Assembly: GCA_030141605.1 (NCBI GenBank)
Contig: JAQGDQ010001299.1
Coordinates: forward strand, 1-48,838
Direction of reading: 5' to 3'
DNA length: 48,838 nucleotides
From: Tubiluchus corallicola
Taxonomy: Eukaryota > Animalia > Priapulida
The position numbers were made by a program, and so were the translations under genes. Shown piece by piece: positions 1 through 13,266 of this stretch (within the stretch, counting starts at the first letter, position 1; every line of letters starts with the position of its first letter). A model generated the notes under the pieces. That model saw only the letters and a program-made list of their open reading frames with translations, did not search any database and was not told the origin of the DNA.

Positions 1-299
1 AACAGGACTGTCCAACATCAAACAGGCTGGTATGGTGTAGCTGCAACAACAACAACAATGTGTGGTGTAGGTGCCCAAATAATTTGCAGATATGTTATGT
101 GATAATGGTAATGCTGTTTACTGTATTTTGTAGAAGACTCAGTATTTTTATTGGTCTTGCTCAGTGCAGCTTTAGCAAAATAAAGAAGCAAATATACAAA
201 ATTTGTAGCACGTTAAACATTGCGAACATGCTGTAATTGTTACGTAATTCTGCTCTGTAAGGTTAAGCAGCTGAAATAAATTGTTCCTCGGGTAACGTG

Positions 300-1272
300 C
301 AAGATAAGGTCCGTTATGTAGTTCCACTGATAAATTGTTCCACAAGACACGGTACAAAATATGATCCACGATGCAGATCCACTGACATAAACTGTTCCAC
401 AAGACACGATACAATATCCGGTCTGTGACATAAGATCCGCTGACATAAATTGTTCCACGAGACATGGTACAAGATACGGTCTGTGACATAAGATCCGCTG
501 ACATAAATTGTTCCACGAGACATGGTACAAGATACGGTCTGTGACATAAGATCCAATGACATAAATTGTTCCACAAGACATGGTACAAGATAAGGTCCAT
601 GATGTAGATCTACTGACTTAAACTGTTGCATAAGACATGGTACAAGATACGGTCCATGATGTAGATCTACTGACTTAAACTGTTGCATAAGACATGGTAC
701 AAGATACGGTCCATGATGTAGATCTACTGACGTAAACTGTTGCACAAGACATGGTACAAGATACGGTCCATGATGTAGATCTACTGACGTAAACTGTTGC
801 ACAAGACATGGTACAAGATACGGTCCATGATGTAGATCTACTGACTTAAACTGTTGCATAAGACATGGTACAAGATACGGTCCATGATTATAGATCTACT
901 GACGTAAACTGTTGCACAAGACATGGTACAAGATACGGTCCATGATGTAGATCTACTGACGTAAACTGTTGCACAAGACATGGTACAAGATACGGTCCAT
1001 GATGTAGATCTACTGACGTAAAATGTTGCACAAGACATGGTACAAGATACGGTCCATGATGTAGATCTACTGACGTAACTGTTGCACAAGACATGGTACA
1101 AGAACGGTCCATGATGTAGATCTACTGACGTAAACTGTTGCATAAGACATGGTACAAGATACGGTCCATAATGTAGATCTACTGACTTAAACTGTTGTAC
1201 AAGACATGGTACAAGATACGGTCCATGATGTAGATCTACTGACATAAACTGTTGCACTGTTGCACAAGACAT
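300..1272. repeat. 57-58-bp minisatellite, ~17 units
   Basis: Unit gacatggtacaagatacggtccatgatgtagatctactgacgtaaactgttgcacaa; diverged 58-bp variants at 300..580. Confidence 0.95.
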
Positions 1273-1501
1273 GACAGAACGAAATGTTCTGCAATGGAAA
1301 CCAATTCAACTGTTTTTAGCCCACACCTGGATACCAATTTTATATATATTCACATTTTGCACTGCTTTGTGCTAGCATCTGGAAATTCACTCAGAAATCA
1401 CAATCTTCAAACAAGGAGAAAGATGTGGACGAAGCAATTAAGAAATGTGCTCCAAAGCACAGTAAGGTCTTGCACAATCTTGAACTGAAAACAAAAAAAC
1501 A

Positions 1502-2800
1502 GAAAAGTTTCTTGATTTCGTTAGTGGCCGAAGACTAGTCATTGAGAATGATGCTTGCATACGTGATCGTAAATAAGTCCTCTAACAGGAAAAGTTTCTT
1601 GATTTCGTTAGTGACTGAAGACTAGTCATTGAGAATGACGCTTGCATACGTGATCGTAGATAAGTCCTCTAACAAGAAGTTTTTTGTTTTTGTAAGAGAT
1701 TGAAGACTAGTCATTGAGAATGATGCTTGCATACGTAGCACATTCATGATCTCGTGATCATAAATAAGTCCTCTGACAAGAAGTTTCTTGTTTTTGTTAG
1801 TGACTGAAGACTAGTCATTGAGAATGACGCTTGCATACGTGATCGTAGATAAGTCCTCTAACAGGAAAAGTTTCTTGATTTCGTTAGTGACTGAAGACTA
1901 GTCATTGAGAATGACGCTTGCATACGTGATCGTAGATAAGTCCTCTAACAAGAAGTTTTTTGTTTTTGTTAGTGACTGAAGACTAGTCATTGAGAATGAC
2001 GCTTGCATACGTGATCGTAGATAAGTCCTCTAACAGGAAAAGTTTCTTGATTTCGTTAGTGACTGAAGACTAGTCATTGAGAATGACGCTTGCATACGTG
2101 ATCGTAGATAAGTCCTCTAACAAGAAGTTTTTTGTTTTTGTAAGAGATTGAAGACTAGTCATTGAGAATGATGCTTACATACGTAGCACATTCATGATCT
2201 CGTGATCATAAATAAGTCCTCTGACAAGAAGTTTCTTGTTTTTGTTAGTGACTGAAGACTAGTCATTGAGAATGACGCTTGCATATGTGATCGTAAATAA
2301 GTCCTCTAACAGGAAAAGTTTCTTGATTTCGTTAGTGACTGAAGACTAGTCATTGAGAATGACGCTTGCATACGTGATCGTAGATAAGTCCTCTAACAAG
2401 AAGTTTTTTGTTTTTGTAAGAGATTGAAGACTAGTCATTGAGAATGATGCTTGCATACGTAGCACATTCATGATCTCGTGATCATAAATAAGTCCTCTGA
2501 CAAGAAGTTTCTTGTTTTTGTTAGTGACTGAAGACTAGTCATTGAGAATGACGCTTGCATACGTGATCGTAGATACGTCCTCTAACAAGAAGTTTTTTGT
2601 TTTTGTTAGTGACTGAAGACTAGTCATTGAGAATGACGCTTGCATACGTGATCGTAGATAAGTCCTCTAACAAGAAGTTTTTTGTTTTTGTAAGATTGAA
2701 GACTAGTCATTAGGAATGACGCTTGCATAGATAAGTCTTCAAACAAGAAAAGTTTTTTGTTTTTGTAAGAGACTGAAGACTAATCACTGAGAATGACCCT
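1502..2800. repeat. ~85-105-bp satellite with higher-order structure, ~15 units
   Basis: Core tgaagactagtcattgagaatgaYgcttgcatacgt...ataagtcctctaaca recurs; long variant carries agcacattcatgatctcgt. Confidence 0.95.
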
Positions 2801-4710
2801 TAGATAGGCCTCATAGATAAGCCCTCCATCATAAGCGGCACTAAGCAGTGCATCACAGCATATATAACATTGCTGCCAAAAACCAATCAAAATTATTAAG
2901 AGCAAAACTATTTGTTATCAAGAAAAATGGAGAGGGCAGCAGTGCTAGTCAAACATGTTGAAATTGTTATTATGTATGGAAAATGTTTGAGTAAGACGTG
3001 TATATATATATAATGCAAATGTTATGAACACTCTTCTTATCTGAGTACTTTTGAAAAATAATTTTTATTTTGAGTGACGTATTATTTACTTGAACAACCG
3101 GCACAATCAGGTGTAGCTACGGCAGGATGCATTTTTTTATGTGACGTAGGTTGTTGAAGAGCAAAGGAGTTGGACAGTCCCGTTTGCCAGTACAATAAGG
3201 GAAATTCTGTTTGTCAACAGATATGGGTCAAAATATTTATGTTTGCCAAGCACGTGCTCAATGCTTTGTAAACAAGTTGACAAAAACTTCAGTGTGGCTA
3301 ACTGGTTACACACAAAAGTTGCTTGTATCCATACCAATGAGGGTATCTAGTATAAAGTCAAGTACATTCAGATCTGTTAGGAAAGCTTTACACAAACACT
3401 ACAATTCTTTATTACCGAAATTTTGCTAAAGGAACTTTTCGGAGACCAAGACTCATGCAGATGTGCATCAGGCTGACCAGTGGCTCGGAGACGTCGGCGT
3501 GTACTGGAATCAGGACAACGTAAACATAATTCTCCTAAGACAAATTTTGCCAAAAGAAGCTTTAATCCTTTGATGTCTCTTATTCGTTGTTTAATAAATA
3601 ACAACTGTTTCACAGCACACTTGAACACTGTAAAGCAGCTGTGCTAGGAGGCTATTAAATTCCACTTCCTCTTCGAATGCAAAGAGAGACTTATTCTGTC
3701 AAGCTATTCAAACAAAATGGCACCTTGGCTAAGATGGCTGCAACTCATAAGTACTTCTTGCACAAATGTGGGAACGTATTCTTATGGGTAGCCACACACA
3801 CATATATATATATATATAAACCTTCAAGAAATCAGCCAACTCATTTTGGTTAACTCATTCAGGACTGTAAGCATTTACAGCATTTTGCACGGGTTCATGA
3901 AACACTGCCCTCAGTAGGCAATGATTACGTTATATTTGATAATTTTTGTAGGTTTCTACTCCTCACACAATGGATTTTTATGCAAAGCTACATATGAAAT
4001 GCATTTGCTTACCTTAGCCAAATTAAAAATCAATTTTTGAGGAAAAAATTAAAAAAAAAAGCTTTCAGTAACTGCAGTGTTTACAGTATCACTTGTGTGA
4101 AATGGGCTAATGCAGAAAATTTCAACTATCCGACAAAACACTCTGATAAACTTTGGGCTCAAGTTCTACTCTAGTTTTAAGGAGAAATTCCTGTTAAAAG
4201 ATAAAACTTCCTTAATCTATCCTTAACTGATCGGTTGGCTTTTCCTGGACTCTGTACAGCAGACAGTTCTCTTGGACTGTATAGCGAACAGACGATCAAT
4301 AAATTAGTGTGTACGATCACGCAACTGTACACTAGACATAGCTACTCAATAGGCTAAGTTGAGTCCCTGAAAAGGGCGCGTTTGTCTTCATTTTAGCTAA
4401 CTAAATCACTTATATTTTTGTTTGTTGTCATCCTTTTGTCTCGGAAGACAATGGAGTGTACGCCAAGAGAGTCAGTTATTGATCACATTGATGGAGCTGC
4501 AGCGTCGACTGTGCTCCTTGAACGTCTCCAGGGCGCACGCCTGGGCAAGGTGTATGGAGATCCTGAGTTGGCCAGACAACAGGAACCCCTCTCTTCCTCG
4601 CTGGTGTAGTCCAACGGAAAGCGGAGCGATACGTTTGGCACCAGGTTGCCGGAGTCAGTGACCATGCTGCACTGGTCTGCCTTCGGGGCTCCACTCCTGA
4701 TTTGGAAGGT

Positions 4711-4777
4711 TTACTCCTCTACACGGCTAGAGGGCGGAGGAGGTCAAGTGACCCAATGACCATGTGTAGAGGAGTAA
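4711..4777. other. 67-bp hairpin / possible mini-MITE (mirror 32735..32801)
   Basis: 14-bp perfect inverted repeat ttactcctctacac / gtgtagaggagtaa. Confidence 0.6.
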
Positions 4778-4974
4778 TCACTTATAAATGTTTAAACAAA
4801 TAGCATGACTGGATAGCTGAGATTCTCCTGAATAAAAGACTATCTAATTTGCAATCGCACAGTAACAGCAAAGTCACAGGTGATATAAGATCTGTTTCGA
4901 ATGGTGCGGTCCTGAAGGCATTAATGGAAGGTCAAAATTCTCAAAATTTATACAGTAGTCATGTTACAGGGTTA

Positions 4975-5524
4975 CAATGTGGTCCAATCACAACAATATA
5001 TGAGTTATTAGAACCATTTGTCGTCGGGTTACTAGACCCATGTGGTCCAATCACGACAATATATGAGTTATTAGAACCATTTGTCGTCGGGTTACTAGAC
5101 CCATGTGGTCCAATCAAGACAATATATGAGTTATTAAAACCATTTGTCGTCGGGTTACTAGACCCATGTGGTCCAATAACGACAATATATGAGTTATTAG
5201 AACCATTTGTCATTGGGTTACTAGACCCATGTGGTCCAATCACAACAATATATGAGTTATTAGAACCATTTCTCATTGGGTTACTAGAACCATGTGGTCC
5301 AATCACGACAATATATGAGCTATTAAAACCATTTGTCGTCGGGTTACTAGACCCATGTGGTCCAATCACGACAATATATGAGTTATTAGAATCATTTGTC
5401 GTCGGGTTACTAGACCCATGTGGTCCAATCAAGACAATATATGAGTTACTAGAAACATTGGTCGTCGGGTTACTAGACCCATGTGGTCCAATCACGACAA
5501 TATATGAGTTATTAGAACCATTTG
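4975..5524. repeat. 63-bp minisatellite, ~8.7 units
   Basis: Unit ccatgtggtccaatcacgacaatatatgagttattagaaccatttgtcgtcgggttactagac; gives 21-aa periodic ORFs on both strands. Confidence 0.95.
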
Positions 5525-5747
5525 GTCTGTTCATCGTCTCCAATGGCAGAACGGGCTACTTAGAAAAGTGTGAAGTTTTTTATATACCCATAACGGTTTT
5601 CTAACACGGGCATTAAAACACGCAGGTGTTGCACGTAAGCAAAATGCTGCACAATGTACTGGAGTTGAAACTGCTTCTCCACCATGTTACTCTATGCAAT
5701 AATGCACTAAACGATTGCAAAACAAAATTTAAGGCAAACCCGCTTAC

Positions 5748-8700
5748 CAATGTAGTAATCGTTCTTGACGTTGTCTATGATGTTGTGAATAGGTAAAATG
5801 CAGTCTAGCAAATAAGCAGGATTCGTCTCTAGAAAACAAGTAGAGTGCAAGCTCATATAAGATCAAACATTTTACATGCCAAAAGTGACATTACACTAAA
5901 ATGAGATGTTGACTATGACACATTGATAGGGCAGTCTGTTCTACACACTAGCAAGCTTCCTATCCAAGAGTAAATTCACAAAGCAACTCGGAAGCGTGTT
6001 TAGACCAGAGAACAAAAATTGCTGCGAGTTACTCTCTGACAGTAAGCATGAGCCGACACTGAGTTACTCTCTGACAGTAAGCATGAGCCGACACTGAGTT
6101 ACTCTCTGACAGTAAGCATGAGCCGACACTGAGTTACTCTCCGACAGTAAGCATGAGCCGACACTGAGTTACTCTCTGACATGAGTTACTCTCTGACAGT
6201 AAGCATGAGCCGACACTGAGTTACTCTCTGACAGTAAGCATGAGCCGACACTGAGTTACTCTCTGACAGTAAGCATGAGCCGACACTGAGTTACTCTCTG
6301 ACATTAAGCATGAGCCGACACTGAGTTACTCTCTGACAGTAAGCATGAGCCGACACTGAGTTACTCTCTGACAGTAAGCATGAGCCGACACTGAGTTACT
6401 CTCTGACAGTAAGCATGAGCCGACACTGAGTTACTCTCTGACAGTAAGCATGAGCCGACACTGAGTTACTCTCTGACAGTAAGCATGAGCCGACACTGAG
6501 TTACTCTCTGACAGTAAGCATTAGCCGACACTAACTTCCTATCTTCCTGTCTATCCATCCATACACATTTACAAAGTATCCATCTATCCAGCTATCTATC
6601 AACCTGTCCATTCATCCATCTAACTATACAAAGAATCTGTCCATCTATCTATCTACCTGTCCATCCGTCCTTCTACCTATATAAAGAATCAGTTTATCTA
6701 TCTATCTATTCTATCCATATACCTGTACAAAAAATCCATCTATATCTCTATCTACCTGTCCATCTATCCATCTACCTGTACAAAGAATCCGTCTATATCT
6801 CTATCTACCTGTCCATCCATCCATCCATCTACCTGTTCAAAGAATCCGTCTATATCTCTATCTACCCGTCCATCCATCCAACCATCTACCTGTTCAAAGA
6901 ATCTGTCTATATCTCTATTTACCTTTCCATCCATCCATCTACTTATGCAAAGAATCAGTCTTTTTACCTAAGAGTCAACCGAATGACTGTTACCTACTGT
7001 AACAATACGCACGGATATAAATACTTTTATAAAACCGAGATTACAATAAATGCCACTCACCAGTCTTCTCAGCAACAGTCTGAAGGTGAGAAATACCTTC
7101 TATATGTGATATGAACTGGAAAGCTCCCCTCATTCGTTTATTGCAAAGCTACAAACAATTAGAACAACAACATTGATACTAATTCCGCATACCAAGCAGT
7201 GAAATGAAATGTATCATTTTAAAGTATTTATTTTTTTATTTATTATTATTATCACATTGAGTACAATATAATGACATTAAGCACACAGTGACATCAAAAT
7301 TATTACTGTGTTAAATTTTGTCATACTGTTTTAAATTGTTATGTTTCATACACTATCGCTATCATAAAAGAATAATTGCACTGCAGTGGGCTAGAGAAGC
7401 AAAGGCTTGTATAAGCCCACTGTCATGTGAACCCGATAAAAAAATAATGGATGAGTGAACAAAAAAAGAACTGGGAGAAAGGTTAGATCACAAAGGAAGG
7501 GTAGAAGGATGCGGCTTTTATGAATCATCAAATCTTTTTTCGTATTTTTCTCCAGTCCTTTGGTAAATTTATTTCCTTTTGAGAAATAATTACTCAAGAA
7601 TTACACGCCACCCCTAGACCTGCTATTACTTACAATAACTTTTTTCATAAACTCGGATCAGGTCATCCATCCAGTGGCATTCCCTTCAAATTGTTGCAGA
7701 ACTACATGAAGAGTACTAAACGTTTTGCTAATTCATTGTACGTGTAATTGTACAATGAACTGCAACCTGAGTCATTTTGAGTTTTTGACTTTGAATTAAA
7801 CATCAGTTATTGAGCAATCATACTTTTGTTGTAAAACTAATACGATGATGTACATTGACAATTGTTTCTGGTATTACTTCTGTACTCTGTGAGTTTTGTA
7901 TATTTCAATTTTAAGTGTTAACTAATGAATTACTTGTTTTTGAACTAACTATCTATGTAACTATATTCTATATTGTACTTCTGCAATTATATCAAGATAT
8001 TAGGTAAAAGCACAAACTAAACTTGGTGCTAGAAGCCATTTTAAAGATAGCGATGTTGTTTCACCAAATTATAAGAAAAGTTCACGGAAAATTCCCCTTT
8101 CTTCCCCTTTACGTAATATGGGTCTGTCGTTTCCTAGCACGCTGTAGGTTTTCCAGTGGCCATCCATCTCTTTTTGGGAAAAGTTCCCACTCAAGTGATT
8201 TTGCTGGACCCCCAACAGCACATACCTTGCAGGTGAACCACGAACTCGAATTTCTTCCTACTAAATCTGATTTGTGATCCGATTTAAACTTGTCCCAGGC
8301 GCCGGCCATCAAGTTCCGGATTCTTCCGACGGCGTGATTTGCGGTGTGCTCGTGTTTGCAGTTCTCGTCCTGTAGAACAAACACGACGAATAAAGGCATG
8401 GTAACCATAGTAACCACTCGATTACGTACACAAGTAGATATTTCATTTAAAGCGATTCTAACTGCATGTTTCACTTCATTTTTAAGAACTATAATTTCTT
8501 TAAAAAATGTTAATACGACGCTTTTTATCAGAAAGCGTACTACAGAAAACTCCGCATAACTCAAATCCAACTGGATCGGGAAAGACCTTGAGTTGGGTGA
8601 TGTTGACAACTTTCCAGCAAAGTAAACCCCTCCTCCTAAATAGAAGGCAGAACCTTTCCACACATAAATAACGAGATTTGATCTTATTTTTCGAATCGGG

Positions 8701-10358
8701 CCCACTGGGAGGAACGGGGGCTGAAAAACAAACTCCAAAAATGGCCATTTTTCGGCCGTTTTTTTGCAAAAAATTGCAAAACTTATACCTCTTATTTCTG
8801 GAGAATGGGAACGTGCCTGGCATGGTGCGGGTAATGGTTAAATAGCCAGTTCAACGGGTGGGTGTTATAGTCATATTTAGATTTCGGGGGAGGGCCGCGG
8901 CATTTTCCTGGACTCAACTCCCGATTTTTTCAAATTTTTTCAGAAAGAGGATAAACAGGGCTACAGGTATGGTCTACATTTTAGGATGCTACCTGTGGAC
9001 AGCCTAGATTATGCTAAATATTAATGATTCACATTATCGCGATACTGGTGCATTTTGACAATACACAGATCACTACAAAAGGTATCACAATTCATCTATG
9101 TGTCATTACAGGCCTAGTTTCAGGAAGTGTTTATTGTATAATTTCGTCAAACACGATTACCTCATGTAGTACAAATGTTTTGCAAATGCTGCATAAAGTC
9201 TGTAGAAACCCTGACTTTGCCCCGCTGGCAGCTTTGCCGGTATCATCTTTCGGTTCCGTTCTGCACGATTTCTTATCGTCTTTTGCGCCTTTTCCATCTT
9301 CGGGTTTATCAATCGACTCTTTTCCCTTGGACGAACGAGCATCTTCCCTTACGGTGGCATTTTGGTCTTTTACTTTTTTTCGTTCAACGCTCTTTTCAGA
9401 CTCTTTCTTCAGCATCTCTTTTCTCTCTTCATCACTTTGTCGTTTTCTGCTTCCAGCATCCCTTTTTGCCAAAACATTTTTATCTTCATCAGCCCTCGGT
9501 TTGGTATCAACTTTATTATTTCTTTTTTGTTTCAACATTTCTTCTTGTTCTTTCTTTGAAGGAAACTTCTTCTCAGAATATCTGTTCTGCTCGTCTCGAC
9601 TAGGTCCGTTGTCTATTTTCGCGCTTTTTGGCTGCTGACTTTTCGCATCCTCTAGTTTCTCAAGCTTCCGTTTACCGTCTGCTTCCGTTTTGCTTTCCTC
9701 TTTTTGCTGGATCTGCTTCTTTCCTTCCAATTTTTCCTTGGCAACGTTCCCTTTACCTGAACTTGTCTTCTCATTTTTCTCTTTTTCGTCCTTCTTTGGC
9801 TTCTTAGGATCAGATGAATCCTCGTCATCAGAAAGTTTTAGCAGATCCTCGTCAATCGATACGTCTATTGATTCATCAATATCTTCCAATCTGAAATAAA
9901 TTTTGGTGCATTTTTTTTATTTTTTACTTATGGGTAATTGTAGCTCGATTGGTAAACAAAAATTACGAGAAAATACAATAATTTAAATTGACCAAAGTAG
10001 TCCCCGTAAATTATTACCAACAATTCCTAAAACCAGTGTGTATTTGTTTGAGCAATGATGATGATATCAAAAAAAAATTTCCAACAATCGACCAAAGGGC
10101 AGTTAGTTTTTTTTAGTTAGTTTAGCTTAGTTTATTGATTCCAAAAGCCGGTCTACATAAAAGTGACATAAATTACAATGAGTAAGACAAATTATTGGCT
10201 CAGATCAAAAGTAAAACTTGTAAGATGTGAGCCGAATAGGCGACATGGAATAAAGGGGTGCACTTTCAAAGAAATGTAATTACTTACCCTAATTCGTCTA
10301 AATCTTCCAGTTCACTTATGGAGATCATATGCTCAATATCTTCTTCCAGAGAATTCAT
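5748..10358 (-). CDS. Mirror copy of the zinc-finger gene, exons 1-5 only in window (10288..10358, 9161..9890, 8226..8369, 7061..7148, 5748..5828)
   Basis: Exon lengths equal the right-arm copy (71, 730, 144, 88, 81 nt), splice sites intact, at least one amino-acid difference (KESID vs KEAID); exon 6 would lie ~1.4 kb before position 1. Confidence 0.75.
6026..6532. repeat. 35-bp minisatellite, ~14.5 units
   Basis: Unit gagttactctctgacagtaagcatgagccgacact, no spacers. Confidence 0.95.
6540..6960. repeat. Degenerate (TCCA/TCTA)-rich ~50-55-bp repeat (mirror at ~30702..31122)
   Basis: Recurring caaagaatccgtctatatctctatctacctgtccatccatc. Confidence 0.8.
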
Positions 10359-10670
10359 ATTTGATTAAATTCCTTTTTTCCTTAATCTTTACTGTACAGG
10401 AATAATCCCGGTGTAAGGAAATGTAATCGATCCGCTATGCAGCCGTGATCATCCACAGACAGGTCGTTGAACTATAATAAAATATGCCGGGATCTAACTC
10501 GGTGACCAGTATGCTTGGTCCTCTTTACCATAATTTAAAATTAATATTTCATCATCACTGCATATTTATATAAACACTGCATAATCTTTTACAATAAACT
10601 ATTGTCTTATATATGGAAAGAAGCTAAATATTTTTTTATAGTGCTAAGTTGTATTTAGGGTATCACGCCA

Positions 10671-11590
10671 GGCGCTATTACACTTTCGCACCGCCTAGTT
10701 TTTTCTAGGTTATTACTCGTTTCTAGGCTCGTAGGTCATTATTCTATTATTCTCACGTTATCAGTGAATGTTTCCGCTAATCTCGTGGTAATTTAATCAT
10801 ATATTTAGGTATAATTACCAATAATTACGTTGTATTCACAGTTCTACACCTATACAGTTCGTATCGCCATCTTGTTTGTGTGTGTAGTCACGTGACGAAT
10901 TTCGTACTAGTTTATGCATTATCAGGGCCTAGCTTAAAAGGCACCTGACACACTTTCATCTTGACCATATTTACGAAATAAAGAAAAAACATTTACTTTT
11001 TTTACAATCTAATAGTAATAATACTACAGTAATAAATAAAATTAATGATAAATAACTGTAGTGGTCTAAAATAATTTCCTCATATATGCCAGCTTGGGTC
11101 TGACAGAGAAACAAAAAATTCGGGAAGTCTTTAAAGAAAAGACAATGACTGGCACAGGATTATAATGGCATTTTAGATTTATATACTCATTATCACCACC
11201 ATTATTGCAGTGCTATTTTTATCGTTTTCGTCATCACTACCACTATTCTGATCCAGGCCCACCCGCGATACGATACAAACTCCTGTGGCTGCAACCCTAA
11301 TAATCATAAATTATGCGAAGAAACTAAAAATAGATGTTAAGGGCCACATCGTCACTGCGAGAGAGCAATTGCGCATTAGTGGTGTAAACACAGTTATTCA
11401 CGTGGAGCTTTTTGCGAGATGGTGACGGTGAGTAACGTATGATTTTAATCTGGAATTGTAAGGTCTAAAAACCAATAATATTATGGGAATATGGTGTATA
11501 TTACGCCTGTTGGTCTGCATTCTGGCCTGCAGGCGTGAAAACAACCAATAGGCCAGAAAAAACTAGGTGGTGCGAAAGTGTAATAGCGCC
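10671..11590. mobile_element. Non-autonomous DNA transposon (MITE), ~35-bp TIRs, 9-bp TSD (Mutator-like; Merlin also possible)
   Basis: TIR ggcgctattacactttcgcaccRcctagttttttct at both ends; TSD atcacgcca at 10662..10670 and 11591..11599. Confidence 0.88.
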
Positions 11591-12359
11591 ATCACGCCAC
11601 AACTTTGCATGTGTAAATAAATTTGTGCAATGAAAACTTTCCTGATATTACCAACAACTTACTTTCGCTTTTCACAAATTTGGCAGTGTGCAGTACATAA
11701 AAAAATATATGGATAGAGTGATTAGACTTCTGACATAATGAACGAGATTCGCAAAAATAGTGCACATGATCATAAAAAATTGACTTTTTACTCGTGTACA
11801 GCAAAATAACAATAACTACAATAACTGTAGCTGGGTACCAGGCAAATTTAATGAAGCGATGATTTGCAAACAGGCACCTCACAGCCTTAAAACAGAAGAG
11901 GATGTGTATAATCATTTTACATTGAAAAATAATGGTCTACGGTGACGAGTGCACTTGTAAGCCTAATAATATAAATTATTAATCAAAAATAATTTCGAAA
12001 CATATATTACTATGTTCCGACAAAACACCTGCTTGTTTCTTCCCTTTGCAGAAACTATATAGCCAAATTCACCGAACTTAGAATTGTTTTTTACAAAAAC
12101 GGCAGAAACAGTCCAAACATGGCGTCAACGTGAACAACCACAACATGGGTTATCTTCATCAAATCAGATTGAACGCTGAAATTGAAAGAGAGCACAACTA
12201 TAAGCGGGCACAGCCGCGCACAACGCCGCACTTTGCAGAGAGATGTCACAGATTCACAGTCACTTCATAATGCCATCCTAGTACGATATCACATGATTTT
12301 TAACAACGCTGATTCAGTCACGCCAATGTGATATGATGCTTATTGATAAACCACTCCAA

Positions 12360-13218
12360 CAATTCAATTCAAAAGGTTTATTTATCTCTAATATAATATT
12401 TATAGCGCAAATACAAGAAATTATGTAAAGTGTGTAGAGATGGAGTGGCGAAAGACCAGGAGGTCATCGAGTCAGCCACCCCTATATAACTTAGGAATAG
12501 TACAATTAAGCACAACAGACTGCATGGTTAAATGAATAATATGTGGTTAGATCTTAAGTAGCAAATAAACAAAATAGAAAGCAGCTATATTATAATTATA
12601 CCAATGGAAAAAAAGCAAGCAAATAATACAGTTGAAAATTAAACCAACAACTGAACAAGATGCAGTTAAGTCATGAATGCAACGACAAAAAAGCAAGCAA
12701 TCTGGTTAAATCATAAGTGCAGCGAATGAACTTAAGTGCAGTAAATGAACGAAAATGTAGTTAAATAATGAATGCACAACAAATAAACAAAAGGAAGAAA
12801 ATTTGTGCAGTAAGTCTTAAATGTAATAAATGAACAAAAACAATCAGTAATCATAATGTGACAAATATACACAAAAAGCAAGCAATGCAGTCAATTTATA
12901 AATGCAGCTATTAAATGAACAGCAAACAAAAAAACTGCAATTAAATTTTAAATGTGACAGTTTAAAAAAAGAAATTTTTTCATAAATATAGCAAATATAT
13001 TCAAGCAGGCAAGCAAGCATATTTCCAATCGGAGTGGCGCTGTTCAGCAACCTACCACAACGAACAGAGGTTTCAAGCTAGCCAATACCAAAGGAAAGCA
13101 CACAGAGCATTTTTTTTTATTTTTAGGAATAGGATAGTAAACCCGTGTAATGCATTACCAGCACCCATGTGGCTTTGGTTCACACACACATACACACGCA
13201 CGCATGCACGCAGGCACG

Positions 13219-13266
<48 letters not shown>

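Noticed and set aside
172-1272. Repetitive ORFs (VDLHHGPYLVPCL...) as proteins; mirrors at 36173..37387
   Set aside because: By-product of a 57-bp unit; the array has frameshifting 56- and 58-bp units and lies in an intron.
1502-2800. Hammerhead ribozyme/retrozyme array (CTGAAGA in most units)
   Set aside because: No stem II closed by GAAA follows the motif and no stem I/III with an NUH site could be built.
4849-5604. 251-aa and 194-aa overlapping ORFs; mirrors at 31908..32663
   Set aside because: A 63-bp unit keeps frames open on both strands; non-ATG starts, no domain, and exon 5 splices coherently to exon 6 without them. Expression cannot be fully excluded.
6026-6532. CRISPR-like 35-bp repeats
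   Set aside because: Units are head-to-tail with no unique spacers, there are no cas genes and the context is a eukaryotic intron.
9024-9899. F/S/L-rich ORFs resembling membrane proteins (mirrors 28139..29013)
   Set aside because: Antisense shadows of the K/E-rich exon 2.
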